Origin: the human T2T-CHM13v2.0 reference genome, Homo sapiens | Strand: one strand, 5' to 3' | Assembly: GCF_009914755.1 (NCBI RefSeq) | Contig: NC_060927.1 | Length of the DNA stretch: 64,000 nt | Shown here: piece by piece, positions 1 to 32,658 of the stretch | Layout: each line of letters starts with the position of its first letter | Numbering within the stretch: position 1 is the stretch's first letter | The notes under the pieces: generated by a model | Seen by the model: only the letters and a program-made list of their open reading frames with translations | What the model was told of the DNA's origin: nothing | Databases searched by the model: none | Made by a program: the position numbers and the translations under genes

Positions 1-274
1 ATATTTGTTCTGCCTTTTGCCCTTTGAAGCATGTGATCTTTGTGACCTACTCCCTGCTTGTACACCCCCTCCCCTTTTGAAATCCTTAATAAAAACTTGC
101 TGGTTTTAAGGCTCAGGTGGGCATCACGGTCCTACTGATATGTGATGTCACCCCCAGAGGCCCAGTACAAAAATTCCTCTCTTTGTACTCTTTCTCTTTA
201 TTTCTCAGCTGGCCGACATTTATGGAAAATAGAAAGAACCTACGTTGAAATATTGGGGGTGGGTTCCCCCAATA
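1..274 (+). mobile_element. 3' part of MER11-like (HERV-K11/HML-8) LTR
   Basis: AATAAA at 88 and terminal AGAAAGAACCTACGTTGAAATATTGGGGGTGGGTTCCCCCAATA, typical of MER11. Confidence 0.75.
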
Positions 275-323
275 CTGCACTCCAGCCTGGGGGATGGAGC
301 GAAAGCCTGTTTCAAATATTTTA

Positions 324-2567
<2,244 letters not shown>

Positions 2568-2694
2568 TGAGACCTGGAAGTGGATCACGTGGAGTGAAGG
2601 TCATGCCGCAGCACACACAGGAGTCTTGCCATGTTGCCCAGGCCCGTCTCAAACTTCTGAGTTCAGGCAATCTGCCCACCTCGTCCTCCGAAAG

Positions 2695-3054
2695 TATGGT
2701 TTAGCTGTGTCTCCACCCAAATCTCATCTTGAATTGTATCTCCCATAATCCCCACGTGTCGTGGGAGGGACCCGGCGGGAGGTAAGTGAATCATGGGGAC
2801 GGGTTTTCCCATGCGGTTCTCATGATAGTGAGTAAGTCTCACGAGATCTGACGGTTTTATGAAGGGCAGTCCCCCTGCACACACTCTCTTGCCTGCTGCC
2901 ACGTAAGACGTGTCTTGCTTCCCCTTCACCATCTGCTATGATTGTTAAGGCCTCCCCAGCCATATGGAACCATGAGTCAATTAATCCTCTTTTCTTTATA
3001 AACTACCCAATCTCAAGTATGTCTTTATTAGCAGTGTGAGAACAGACTAACACA
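2695..3054 (+). mobile_element. THE1 (MaLR) solo LTR
   Basis: TATGGTTTAGCTGTGTCTCCACCCAAATCTCATCTTGAATTGTA...GAGAACAGACTAACACA. Confidence 0.88.
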
Positions 3055-3074
3055 TGCTGGGATTACAGGCATGA

Positions 3075-3284
<210 letters not shown>

Positions 3285-3597
3285 TAGTAGAGACGGGGTT
3301 TCACCGTGTTAAGTCAGGATGGTCTCAATCTCCTGACCTCATGATCCGCCCATCTCGGCCTCCCAAGGTGTTGGGATTACAGGCGTGAGCCACCACACCC
3401 GGCCACAGATTGATTTCTTATGAGTCAGGCTGTGTGATGAAGAAGCCCAGAAGAGAAAGAAGCGGAAAGAAAAGGAATCAGGAAAGACTCTTACTCAGCG
3501 TCACTTGACATTCATGGATGTGGCTACAGAATTCTCTCAGGAGGAGTGGAAATAACTGGACCCTGCACAGAGGGCTTTATACAGGGAAGTGATGTAG

Positions 3598-3771
<174 letters not shown>

Positions 3772-4117
3772 TAATACAGAAAATGAGCCTATTAAAAATC
3801 AACTTGGATTAACCTTCAGTCACATCTGCCTGAATTGCAGCTATTTTAAGCTGGAAGGAAAATTTATGGAAGTAATCAAATTGAAAAGTTTACAAACCAT
3901 AGTTCCTCAGTTCCACCACTTCAAAAAAATTCTTCTAGTGTTAAATAAATACAGAAATGATTTCATTGATTTCCCATCACTCCCACAAGACGACAAAGCA
4001 CACATTAGAGGAAAAATCTTATGGACGTAGTTAAGATGGCAAAGTTTTTAGAGTGTCTGCAAGTCTTACTAATCATCAAGTAATCCATACTGCAGATAAA
4101 CTTTACAAATGCAGTAA

Positions 4118-4492
<375 letters not shown>

Positions 4493-4519
4493 TAGTACAG
4501 AGAAGCCTTACAAATGTAA

Positions 4520-4723
<204 letters not shown>

Positions 4724-5137
4724 TGACATTGGAAGATTCATACTGAAGAGAATTCACTGCACACCTTACAGATGCAAAAATGTGGCAAAGTCTTCAGTCG
4801 TACTTCATAGCTAACACAACATTGGAAGACTCACATAGGTCACAAACGTTATAAATGTAATAAATGTGGCAAAGAATTCAGTTTGCATTCAAGCCTCAGT
4901 ACTCATCTACTGATCCACACACGGAAAGGTAACCTTACAAATGTAAAGATAATATATATAAAAATAATATATAAAGAGAGAACAGTTGGCCAGGCATAGT
5001 GGTTCACACCTGTAATCCCAGCACTTGAGGAGGCCAAGGCATGTGGATCATAAGGTCAAGAGATCGAGACCACAGGCCAGGCGCGGTGGCTCATGCCTGT
5101 AATCCCAGCATTTTGGGAGGCCGAGGCGGGTGGATCA

Positions 5138-5335
<198 letters not shown>

Positions 5336-5338
5336 CTA

Positions 5339-7733
<2,395 letters not shown>

Positions 7734-7850
7734 AAAACTACCAATATAGAAATTCTTGAGTATGATTCACATTTAACTGCTGGCACTATAATTTCTAAAT
7801 TTTTGATTTAGAATGTACATAGTTCTCATGTTTTAGGTAATAGGTAATAG

Positions 7851-8090
<240 letters not shown>

Positions 8091-8495
8091 TGATCCACCC
8101 ACCTCAGCCTCCTAAAGTGCTGTGATTACAGGCGTGAGCCACCATGCCCAAGCTAAAGTTTAAATTTTCCTTAAAAAAAAAAAAGTGTCCAAGACCTAAA
8201 AGGGCTGAAACCAAAAAAACTCTTAGAAGAAAATATAAAAATAAATCTTCATGACTTCAGATTTGGCAGTGCGGACCATGGGGAGTGACTGCTAACAGGT
8301 GCAGGGCTTCTTGGGGCGTAATGAAAATGTTCTAATATCGATTGTGGTAATGACTGTACAATGTTGTAAACACATTAAAAACCACTGAATTATACACTTT
8401 AGATGAGTGAATTGTTATGTGTGATTTATATTTCAAAAGGTTGTTTAAAAAATTCTATAACATAAGCATCTTGATACAGTTAATGAGACACTCAC

Positions 8496-8629
8496 CTCTC
8501 TATCAAATTCATCCTCCTCCTCCAAAAGATCATACACCTGCTCTAAAAGCTGAACTCCCAGGCCACGAATTACATCAGTTCTCAAGACTTCAACTAGTCT
8601 CCTGATCTTTTCAGAACCTGGCATAATAG
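8496..8629 (-). CDS. NEK4: NEK4 exon 15
   Basis: IMPGSEKIRRLVEVLR...EDEFDRE, 134 nt, donor GAG|GTGAGT. Confidence 0.95.
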
Positions 8630-8682
8630 CTAAAAGGCAACAACAAAGACAAAGGGAAAAATAAACACTTTTACCACTATAG

Positions 8683-8928
<246 letters not shown>

Positions 8929-9372
8929 TAGCCAGGATGGTCTTGATCTCCTGACCTCGTGACCCACCCACCTCAGCCTCCCAAAGTGCTGGGATTACAG
9001 GCATGAGCCACTGCACCCGGCCTATTTTTTTTTTTTAAGTGACAGGGTCTTGCACTGTCATAGGGATGTAGTGCAGTGTGACCATAGCTCACTATAGCCT
9101 CTAATTCCTGGGCTCAAGCAATCACCCTGCCTCAGCCTTCCAAGTAACCAGAACTACAGGAATGCACTACCATGTCCAACTAATTCTTAAATTTTTTGCA
9201 GTGATGGGGTCTATGTTGTCCCGGTTGGTCTTGAACTCCTGGCCTCAAGCAATCCTCCCACCTTGGCCTCCCAAAGCAATGAGATTACAGGCATGATGAT
9301 ACCACACCAAGCCTTTTTTTTTTTTTTTTGGTATTTTATTTTATTATTTTATTTTTATTTCATTTCATCTGA

Positions 9373-9663
<291 letters not shown>

Positions 9664-10095
9664 TAAAAATCTTGTTATACTGACATTCTTTTTTCCCTCT
9701 GACAAGAGTTTGGTTTAATGACTTAAAATTTACATATGAACTTAAGCTTCACTACCATCTCTTAAACCTAAAAAACACCACAACTGTCTAACTTGAAGAA
9801 AAGTCACATGAAAAACCACAAACATTTATCTATTTATTTTTAAAAATTAATTTTCATGTAACTTTTCAGGAATACCTCTGTTGCAAAACACAGGATATAC
9901 CTTTTATGGAGATATGCAAATGAAATAATTTTAAAAACACAAAAAAATTTATAGGCATTAGTTCCTTGTTTTGACACAGTTCTCCAATAAACACATGCTC
10001 TCCAGTTTGCTGTAAAAGAATAAACTAGGCCAGGCATGGTGGCTCACACCTGTAATCCCAACACTTTGGGAGGCCAAGGTGGGAGGATCACCTTA

Positions 10096-10334
<239 letters not shown>

Positions 10335-10338
10335 TCAC

Positions 10339-10544
10339 CTGAAGGTAGCTCTTTAAAATGGATTTCCTCTGCCTCTTCTGCAACCTTCCCATGAAGTATC
10401 AGTGTGTCCCGATATTTCCGATGAAGTTTGAATTCTGACACTGGGTTTGCTACCGGGACATCTTCACAGCTCTCTTTAGAATCCAGTTTCAGGGTCTGAG
10501 TCATCAATTGTACCAAGGCATTAATTTCATTTGTCTGACCTTTC
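10339..10544 (-). CDS. NEK4: NEK4 exon 14
   Basis: KGQTNEINALVQLMTQTL...FKELPS, 206 nt, weak donor CAG|GTGATC. Confidence 0.95.
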
Positions 10545-10649
10545 CTGGGGGAAAAAAATATCCCTTTGTTATTTAATTGGCTTCATGAGAATTTTTCATT
10601 AAAAAATTACGTGCAAAACGACCTTTCGGGAATTATCCTTTGAAATGTC

Positions 10650-11860
10650 CAAGTAAGTTCCTACAGACTGACCTGACCCTTCCACAAATAACAACTATAA
10701 ACTCTAGAAAAAATACAAAACTCAACAACGTAAAGGGAATGCAGAATAAACAAAATCTGCAGGCAGATCTTGGAGAAGAGTCAACACCTTTAAGCCTAAG
10801 AGCAGGCCATGGGCAGATCAAAGTACAAGAGAACTCACAATCTTGTGGGCCTACAGAAAGGACAGAGTTCAGAACAACCACTGTCACTAGAAAGTGAGAC
10901 AGGAACCTTGGAGACAGTCTAAAAGAAACAGCCCCAGATTCTGTGTACAAATTCTGCCTATTTCAAAGTAACTTAACTATACTCAAGTACAAAGCTCAAG
11001 AATATTTAAAGAAACACAAAATACCAGCTTCCAATGAGGTAAAATTCAGTGTCTAGCATCCCATCAAAAATAACCAGATGGGCAAAGAAGCAGGAAAATA
11101 TCATACATTTGTGAAGAGAAAGAAATCAGTTAATAGAAACATATCCAAAAGTGACACGACTGATAGAATTAATAAATGAGGACATTAAAATGGGTAGTAT
11201 AAATATCTTCCATATGGCCAAGGTAGAAGAAAACATGAACATGTTAAAGAGAGACACAAAGACATTAAAAAAAGACCCAAATCAAATTTCTAGAAATGAA
11301 AGATACAATATATTAAATACACGGGATAGGATTAACAGATTAGACACTGCAGAAGAAAAGATTAATGAACTCAAAGACATAGCAATAGAATCTATGAAAT
11401 GTGAAACAGAAAAAAAGTAAAAACAGGCCAGGTGCAGTGGCTCATGCCTGTAATACCAGCAGTCTGGGAGGCCGAGGTGGGCGGATCACCTGAGGTCAGG
11501 AGTTCGAGACCAGCCTTGCCAATATGGTGAAACCCAGTCTCTACCAAAAATACAAAAATGTAGCTGGGCGAGTGCCTGTAATCCCAGCTACTCGGCGGGG
11601 CTGAGACAGGAGAATACCTTGAACTCAGGAGGCAGAGGTTGCAGTGAGCCAAAATCATGCCACTGCACTCCAGTCTAGATGACAGAGTTAGACTCTGTCT
11701 CAAAAAATAAATAAATAAAATAAAATATATTTTTAAAAAGTAAAAATAAACAGAGCATCAGTGAGCTGTGGCACATATTTAAGGAGCCTAATATACATGT
11801 AATTGGAATCCCTAAGAGGGCAGGAAGAAGTCCAAAAAAAAAATGTGAAGAAATAATGGC
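10650..11860 (+). mobile_element. Old L1 5'/ORF1 fragment
   Basis: ORF 11151..11420 has the L1 ORF1 coiled-coil pattern INRLDTAEEKINELKD. Confidence 0.7.
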
Positions 11861-11925
11861 CAGGCGGGGCGTGGTGGCTCACGCCTGTAATCCCAGCACT
11901 TTGGGAGGCCGAGGTGGGCAGATCA

Positions 11926-12144
<219 letters not shown>

Positions 12145-12320
12145 TCAAAAAAAAAAAAAAAAAAAAAAGAAGAGACACTTTTAGCTCCAGCATATGCCAC
12201 AAACCATTTATAATTTTATCAGTGGGAATACTAGAGATCTAAATACTACTGAAAATGCACATTTAATATTCATTAAAACAGAAATAGTTTATAAAGGGAG
12301 ACAGAAAAACAAGAACTTAC

Positions 12321-12409
12321 CCTTCCCCGTAATCCCCATCTGACTTATCAGTTGAACTTGTAGAAGAACTTAACTCATCCTCAGACAGACAATGAATCTG
12401 TTTCCTTTC
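12321..12409 (-). CDS. NEK4: NEK4 exon 13
   Basis: ERKQIHCLSEDELSSSTSSTDKSDGDYGE, 89 nt. Confidence 0.95.
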
Positions 12410-12693
12410 CTATTAAATGTTTGGAAGAATTAAAATTCTACATGACAACACAACCAGAATGTGATACTTGAACCAGTCTTAGATGCAACAACTAGACACA
12501 ATACGTTCCTAGGTGCAATATAACAGGAGAATCTAACAAATACAAAAATTGTTCCCATATGATTTGTGGCAAAAAGAAAAAAACATTGAAGTGATTTTAC
12601 CCGTGATATCCCAGTTCACTCATAAAGTCCACAAGAATAACTGAAGAACATCAGATGAAGTTTTTTATTTTGTTTGTTTTTTTTTTGTTTTGA

Positions 12694-12924
<231 letters not shown>

Positions 12925-13504
12925 TGATCCGCCTGCCTCAGCCTCCCAAAGTGCCGGGATTACAGGCATGAGCTACCGCGCCTGCCCAAGGTGAAGTTTT
13001 ACAAAGGTCCTGGAGAGTCTCAGCTGTGAAGAAATTTCCAGAGGACAGTGGATGGCTAGTTCTGGTTTATCAACTCCTAAGCAGAAGGCTTGTTCTATAG
13101 GAATGTTGGCATTTTAAATTACCTAGGCAAACTCAGCTTGTCTTTTTTTTTTTCTTTTTTTTGGATACAGGGGTGTCACTATGTTGTCCAGGCTGGCCAC
13201 AAACTCCTGGGCTCAAGCAATCCTCCTTCCTTGGCCTCCCAAGTAGCTGAGATAACACCCACAAGCCACCATGCCCAGCTTCAGCTTGCTCTTAATGTGA
13301 GACTGTTAAAGTGCTTTAAAGGATCACCTAAAAATACACATAAACCTTACAACTCTGAGATATGGAAGGCAGCCTCTATTAGTGAAATAACTAAATGATA
13401 TAGTTAAAGAAATAATACATCCAATACTTTCAAAGAACAGGAAGAATTCCCAGAGTATTATACAGAGAGGTGAACATGGGTTAGAAACCTAGTAATTACC
13501 CATT

Positions 13505-13523
13505 TAGCCACCAGATGGTGTCC
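13505..13523 (+). promoter_or_regulatory. Candidate CTCF site
   Basis: TAGCCACCAGATGGTGTCC matches the CCACCAGRTGGC core with one mismatch. Confidence 0.45.
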
Positions 13524-14261
13524 CTACATCATCTACAGGCAAGAAGGTAAACTACATTGACACAAATAAGAAACTGAGGAATGATTAGCAAGTGAGACTC
13601 AAATCTGGCGACACAGATGGGTATGTTGGTATCACAGCAGATTGAGCAAAGTGCTGCCTAGTGCAAGCCCTTAGAAAGTTCTGTTATTTATTTACTTATT
13701 TATTTATTTATATTTTTGAGACAGAGTCTTGCTCTGTCACCTAGGCTAAAGCACAGTGGTGTGAACACAACTCACTGTAGCCTCAACCTCTTGGGCTCAA
13801 GTGATCCTTCCACCTCAGCCTCCCGAGTGGCTGGGACTACAGGTGTGCGCCACCTTGCCAGGTAATTTTTTTTTCTTAGAGACAGGGTCCAACTATATTG
13901 CCCAGATTGATCTCAAACTCCTGGGCTAAAGCAATCTTCTCACCTTGGCCTCCCAAAGTGCTAGTATTATAAGCGTGAGCCACTGCATCAGGCCAGGAAG
14001 TCCTGTTAAGACCAACCTATGAAATATTTTTAATTAGGCTATCAATTGTTTACAAGAGTACCTGAAAAATTTATTCCCTTAATGGGTCAATCATAATCCT
14101 TTTGACTATTATTTACCAGTTCCTTTCTTTATCAAGAGTGAAAAGATATAACAAGCTGGCCCTGTCCCAAAAATAAATGGAGCTGACATTTAAAAGGTTT
14201 ACTGCATTAGGCCTGCCAGATGTAGACTGTCCACCTTCTCTCTTAGGAGTACGTAATGCAC

Positions 14262-14371
14262 CTGAGTGACGCTGCAGTCAGAGGAGAGCCGTCGGGCAGG
14301 CAAGGGCTGGTCTTCTTCCTGGGGTTTTCCTGGCCCTGCTACACTCAGAGACGCTTTCCTCACTGAAGGGC
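14262..14371 (-). CDS. NEK4: NEK4 exon 12
   Basis: PSVRKASLSV...DCSVTQ, 110 nt. Confidence 0.95.
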
Positions 14372-14519
14372 CTGAAAAGGCAAACATCCCCAGTAGTTGT
14401 TTGTGGTGGGCTGCCCCAGTTGAAAAGGGCTTTGTATTTGGTATGGAACATACCCCAGCAGGAGCTAGCCCAAAAGTAAGTCAAACAGCATATTTATCAT
14501 TTCTCTGGTGTCTGACACC

Positions 14520-14720
14520 TCAGTTGAAATCTTAGCTCTAGGTCCACCAGCTCTGTGACCTTGGGCAAGTTACTTAACTCCTCAGAGCCTCTGTTTCCTT
14601 AGCTGCAAAATGAGGATAATGCTGCATATTTTGGCAGTACTGTAAATGTGAAATGAGATAATACCCTTAATATGTTTACCATAATGCCTAAGACATGGTC
14701 AGCATTCAATAAATGGAAAC
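14520..14720 (+). mobile_element. MIR
   Basis: CTGTGACCTTGGGCAAGTTACTTAAC...CTCTGTTTCCT core. Confidence 0.8.
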
Positions 14721-15148
14721 TGCTAGTACTATCTTTAAAAAATATTAAAAAGAATGATAGCCCTCAGCCTACGGCAGCACCACTCCCCAAGCAACCTCCC
14801 TCTGTTCCTAAGATGGGAGCAATTCACTGAACAGTGGACACTGGACATGGAAAAAAGTTAAACATTCACTTGATTTCTGGTCTGAAACCTCCCAGGACTT
14901 ACTGCCACTCAAAGCCCTCTTGTTATTTCTTTAATATCCCCCTCCTCTGATATTTGAACCACATTCAACACCCTATGATGATTTCTTAAAAGACTTGACT
15001 AAGAAATTTCAAAATCTTTTCCAACTCGATTTCCTACATGTTTTACTGCTGCTGGAAAGTTTCAACCTCTCATAGTTAGAACCAGTGTTTCTGTCCACGA
15101 ACCATACCCCTAACTGCCAATTAGATGAAGAAAAGAAGTCAACTTTAC

Positions 15149-15215
15149 CTGAAGAGGACATTTCTTCCTGTGACTGCTTTAGTCGCCTCCTCTCTCTGGC
15201 TGATAATGGTCGATC
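15149..15215 (-). CDS. NEK4: NEK4 exon 11
   Basis: DRPLSARERRRLKQSQEEMSSS, 67 nt. Confidence 0.95.
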
Positions 15216-15332
15216 CTTTAAAAGAAAGTCACAGAGTCACTTCCATTCCTACTTGCTATTTTTATAACACCTACAATCCATGATGTATCATTCAGCATTA
15301 AGAAAAAGGTCTGAGCTGGATGCGGTGGCTCA

Positions 15333-15737
<405 letters not shown>

Positions 15738-15865
15738 TCACAATGATCACAGCCCTCGTTTCTGGGAGGTGCTCATTTTTGGAAGGGCAAATGGGGACTT
15801 TCACATTTGCCATATTCGGAATCTACTTGGTTTCTTTTTTTTTGAGATGCAGTCTCGCTCTGTAG

Positions 15866-16009
<144 letters not shown>

Positions 16010-16281
16010 TAGTAGAGATGGGGTTTCACTGTGTTAGCCAGGATGGTCTCGATCTCCTGACCTTGTGATCTGCCCACCTCGGCCTCCCAAAGTGCTGGGA
16101 TTACAGGCGTGAGCCACCGCACCTGGCCTACTTGGTTTCTTTAATTCACTGGAAGTGACCATCTCTGAAACCACAGAATCTGTCCATTTCAATCAAAGAT
16201 TCTGCTGAGGCCGGGTGCGGTGGTTCATACCTGTAATCCTAGCACTTTGGGAGGCCAAGGCAGGCGGATCATCTGAGGTCA

Positions 16282-16584
<303 letters not shown>

Positions 16585-16759
16585 TCATAATATACACAAG
16601 ACTTTACAAACAAAAAGCTTTATAAGAAGGTTTTGGAGGGTTTCTGCTTTAAGACAGGTTATTGCTCTGTCACCCAGGCTGAAGTACAGTGGCATGATCT
16701 CGGCTCACCTTAACCTCCGCCTTTTGGGTTCAAGCCATCCTCCCACCTCGGCCTCATGA

Positions 16760-16933
<174 letters not shown>

Positions 16934-16970
16934 TAAGGTTTTTAAAAATCCAGCATATGTTCCCACAAAC

Positions 16971-17120
16971 CTTTGATGATGACATCTCACTGCTCCTTGA
17001 ACTGCTCACAGACCCAGTGACCACTCTACGTTGGTTTTCAGCCTCTTTTTGTGTTGATGTGACATCCACTTTCCCAACAATGGGATGAGAAGGCAAAAAT
17101 CGAGGAGGCGACTCTTGGAA
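16971..17120 (-). CDS. NEK4: NEK4 exon 10
   Basis: FQESPPRFLPSHP...EMSSSK, 150 nt. Confidence 0.95.
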
Positions 17121-17643
17121 CTTAAATAATTAAAAAAGAAGATTATCAGTTTCATATATAGCCCCTTCCAATGTTCCCCTATCAGCAGGTTCTCTATGTA
17201 TTTGTCCGTGGTTTGCTCTTAAAACCTTCAAAACATTGCATTTTTTTGGAAAGACTCTGCCAAAAGTCAGTCATCTAAGAAGGTTATGGAGAGGATACGT
17301 GTTGAAGTTATTTCTAGAAATGAGATGTCAACATGATTCTGTGGAGAAGCTGAAGAAAGAACTGTTCATCAGTACAATACAGATGGGGCCAAAGGTTTAA
17401 CCACATTAGCCTATTCCTTTAACTTTCAAAATGATCTGTCCATCTTTGCTGGAGAAGATAAAATCCTTACTCTGCTTCGAACTCACTGATATTTGAAAAC
17501 TACTATTTAGCATCTTGCCATTGTCACCCTTCTGTATTATGTTCCTTGCATTTCTTACATGCCTTTTTGGCAATTGTTAATTGCTCTAAATAGAAATTGA
17601 GTTTCCCAAAGTCCACCTCCCAAACCAAAGCAAAATGACTTAC

Positions 17644-17814
17644 AGCAAAGAGATCTCTGCGGACCTGTCTCTTTTCCCCTCTGTGCTCAGTCTGTTCTCT
17701 CCTCTTTTGCCGTCGCTGTCGAGACAGGGAAGGTTCAGACCCAGAGTTGTGTGGCTGTAAATCTGGGTGGATTCTGCCCTGTTTTTCTATAATACATTCA
17801 CCAGCAACTTGATC
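17644..17814 (-). CDS. NEK4: NEK4 exon 9
   Basis: DQVAGECIIE...RRDLFA, 171 nt, donor GCT|GTAAGT. Confidence 0.94.
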
Positions 17815-17992
17815 CTTAAAAACAATAAAATGACATTTTAAAGTATAGCAGCAACCTGGTACATTGTAATCCAAAGTAAGTTGTCCATAAAAAGTGGCTT
17901 TTGTTTTTTAGCATGAAAACTTTCCTCAGTTTTAAAAACTGGTTTCCATATTGCAATTTAGTGTTACATGGAAGTTCTAAAATGACCCATCA

Positions 17993-18406
<414 letters not shown>

Positions 18407-18800
18407 TCAAATTTTTGTGCAATGAAATTAAATCATAATGCAACAGTTAAAAAATAATGATTATAAAATGAAGCAAACACACACAAAAACACAAAATAAT
18501 GAAGTCTTTTGAACATCCAAATGGCCAAACGCTCCATGCCTACTTTTAAAATTGTAAATGAAAATGAGAAGAAGCTGAGTGTGGTAGCCCACACCTGTAA
18601 TCCCAACACTCTGGGAAGCCAAGTCAGGAAGACCACTGGAGGCCACGAGTTCAAGACCAGTCTGAGCAACAGAGTGAGACCTCCATCTCCATTTAAAAAA
18701 AAAAAAAAAGTCAGATGTAGTGATATGCCAGGTAGTCACAGCTACCCAGGAGGCTGAGGTAAGAGGATTGTATGAGTCCAGGAGGTCAAGGCTACCATGA

Positions 18801-19113
<313 letters not shown>

Positions 19114-19710
19114 TGATCCGCCCGCCTCGGCCTCCCAAAGTGCTGGAATTACAGGTGTGAGCCACTGTGCCTGGCCAAAATTTTTTAATAAATTAAAAAG
19201 AAAATGAGAAGTTGTCTTTCTCAAAATGAATGTTTATTTGCAGTGTTGACAGGCAAAGACAAAATGCCGACATCAGTTATCCAAATGTTCTGATTTTTTT
19301 CTCTTCCTCCAAATAAAAATAATTGTTTTAATTCAATCACTTAAATTGTGGTTAATCTGAAACTACTGATGTTTGATTCAATTATTTTTAAAAATCTCCT
19401 CATAACTTTTCATAGGTTTTCCATTCTGAAAATGAACCAATGTTTTAAATGAATTCCAATTTAATACAAATTTATTTCCCAAGTAAACATCAGTTATTTG
19501 GATGTACCCTAAAAAGCACAATAAAAAGACCATTGAGCTTGGCATTAGATGCAGTCTTATGTGAGAAACTTAATTTCCCTGAGCCCAGTTTCATCATTTA
19601 AAAATGGATCTAATACCCACAGCCATATTGTATTACTATTTCAGGATTAGCTGAAAGAATACACTAAAAGTACTTAGGACTATGTCTGATGCATATTAAT
19701 TAGATGCTCA

Positions 19711-20166
<456 letters not shown>

Positions 20167-20169
20167 TGA

Positions 20170-22715
<2,546 letters not shown>

Positions 22716-22840
22716 TTCTATGTTTAAACTGATACATAGAATTACTGATTTTCCTAAAATGACAACAGAACCCACATATTTGTAACTGCACTTTCAGTCT
22801 TCTCTCCAAAACCAGTATCTCATGTGTGCATATCACTCAC

Positions 22841-23245
22841 CTGGTCCTTTGGCTTTTGTTCTTTGATTAGGGGCTGCAGAGGCTTCACTGGTTCATTCTT
22901 TTCCCCAGTGACAATGTCAGAGGACCACATGGGAATCAGGTTTTCAGGCTGGGCACTGGATTTAGTGTTGTCCTGCAGCATCTCCTCTTCCACTTGAGAA
23001 ATACTGCATATACCTCCTAACTCATTAGAGGCATCCAAATATCTTGGCTGATTCTCCTGAACAAAGCCATCACTCACTGAATCCCTCCCTTTTGCAGGTA
23101 AGATGTCAATATTTACGCTACTGATTGTGGCTAGTTCTGTGGTATTGCTCAAGTCCTGTTTGCAGGTATGGGCTTTCAGACTGGCAGGTGACTTCAAGAG
23201 ACCAGAGGCCCTGGGTTTCTCCTGGGACAAACATTTGCCTTCACC
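22841..23245 (-). CDS. NEK4: NEK4 exon 7
   Basis: GEGKCLSQEK...QKPKDQ, 405 nt, within ORF 22820..23287. Confidence 0.96.
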
Positions 23246-23284
23246 CTGAATGAAAAGATGTTTGGAAATTATTATAGCACTCCT

Positions 23285-31480
<8,196 letters not shown>

Positions 31481-31703
31481 TCTTAAAGTTATTACAGCAC
31501 TGACTTTGTGAACAATTTGACAGCCCAATTTGGATAAAGCTAAATCAATCACCTTAACCAGTATTCTTTCTTTACAGTAAGGAATTAATTGTACAACAGA
31601 ATCTCTAGTAAAGCATAATCATTTCACACAAAATAATTTGCTTAGATGGCCCATTTTTCTAAGTGCAGTTTCTAAAACACATACCCTTTAAAAAGAAACG
31701 TAC

Positions 31704-31845
31704 CATTATATATGTCTGGGAGCCCTCAGAAGAGAGTGGTTGGGGGTGGATTACTTCATGATTTGATTCTGCCTCTCCAGAAACCACTGTAGCAAAAGGC
31801 TTGGATTGAGAGTCACCATTTTTAATGTTATTTTTGGAGGTTTTT
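31704..31845 (-). CDS. NEK4: NEK4 exon 6
   Basis: KTSKNNIKNGD...SEGSQTYIM, 142 nt, phase matches exon 5. Confidence 0.95.
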
Positions 31846-31983
31846 CTTTATAAAGAAGAAAAGAAAGAGTTATTATCAATATACTGAAGATTAAGGGTTT
31901 TTAGGTATATGTGGGAGTGTGTGTATACAATGAATTCCCTTACAGAACTGCACCATTTATAGAGAATAGTTTTCTAAAAATCT

Positions 31984-32658
<675 letters not shown>

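Noticed and set aside
17290-17643. Coding-looking non-repeat sequence in NEK4 intron 9 (two open stretches of about 40 codons)
   Set aside because: Frames are broken by stops and I recognise no homologue; needs a cross-species alignment.
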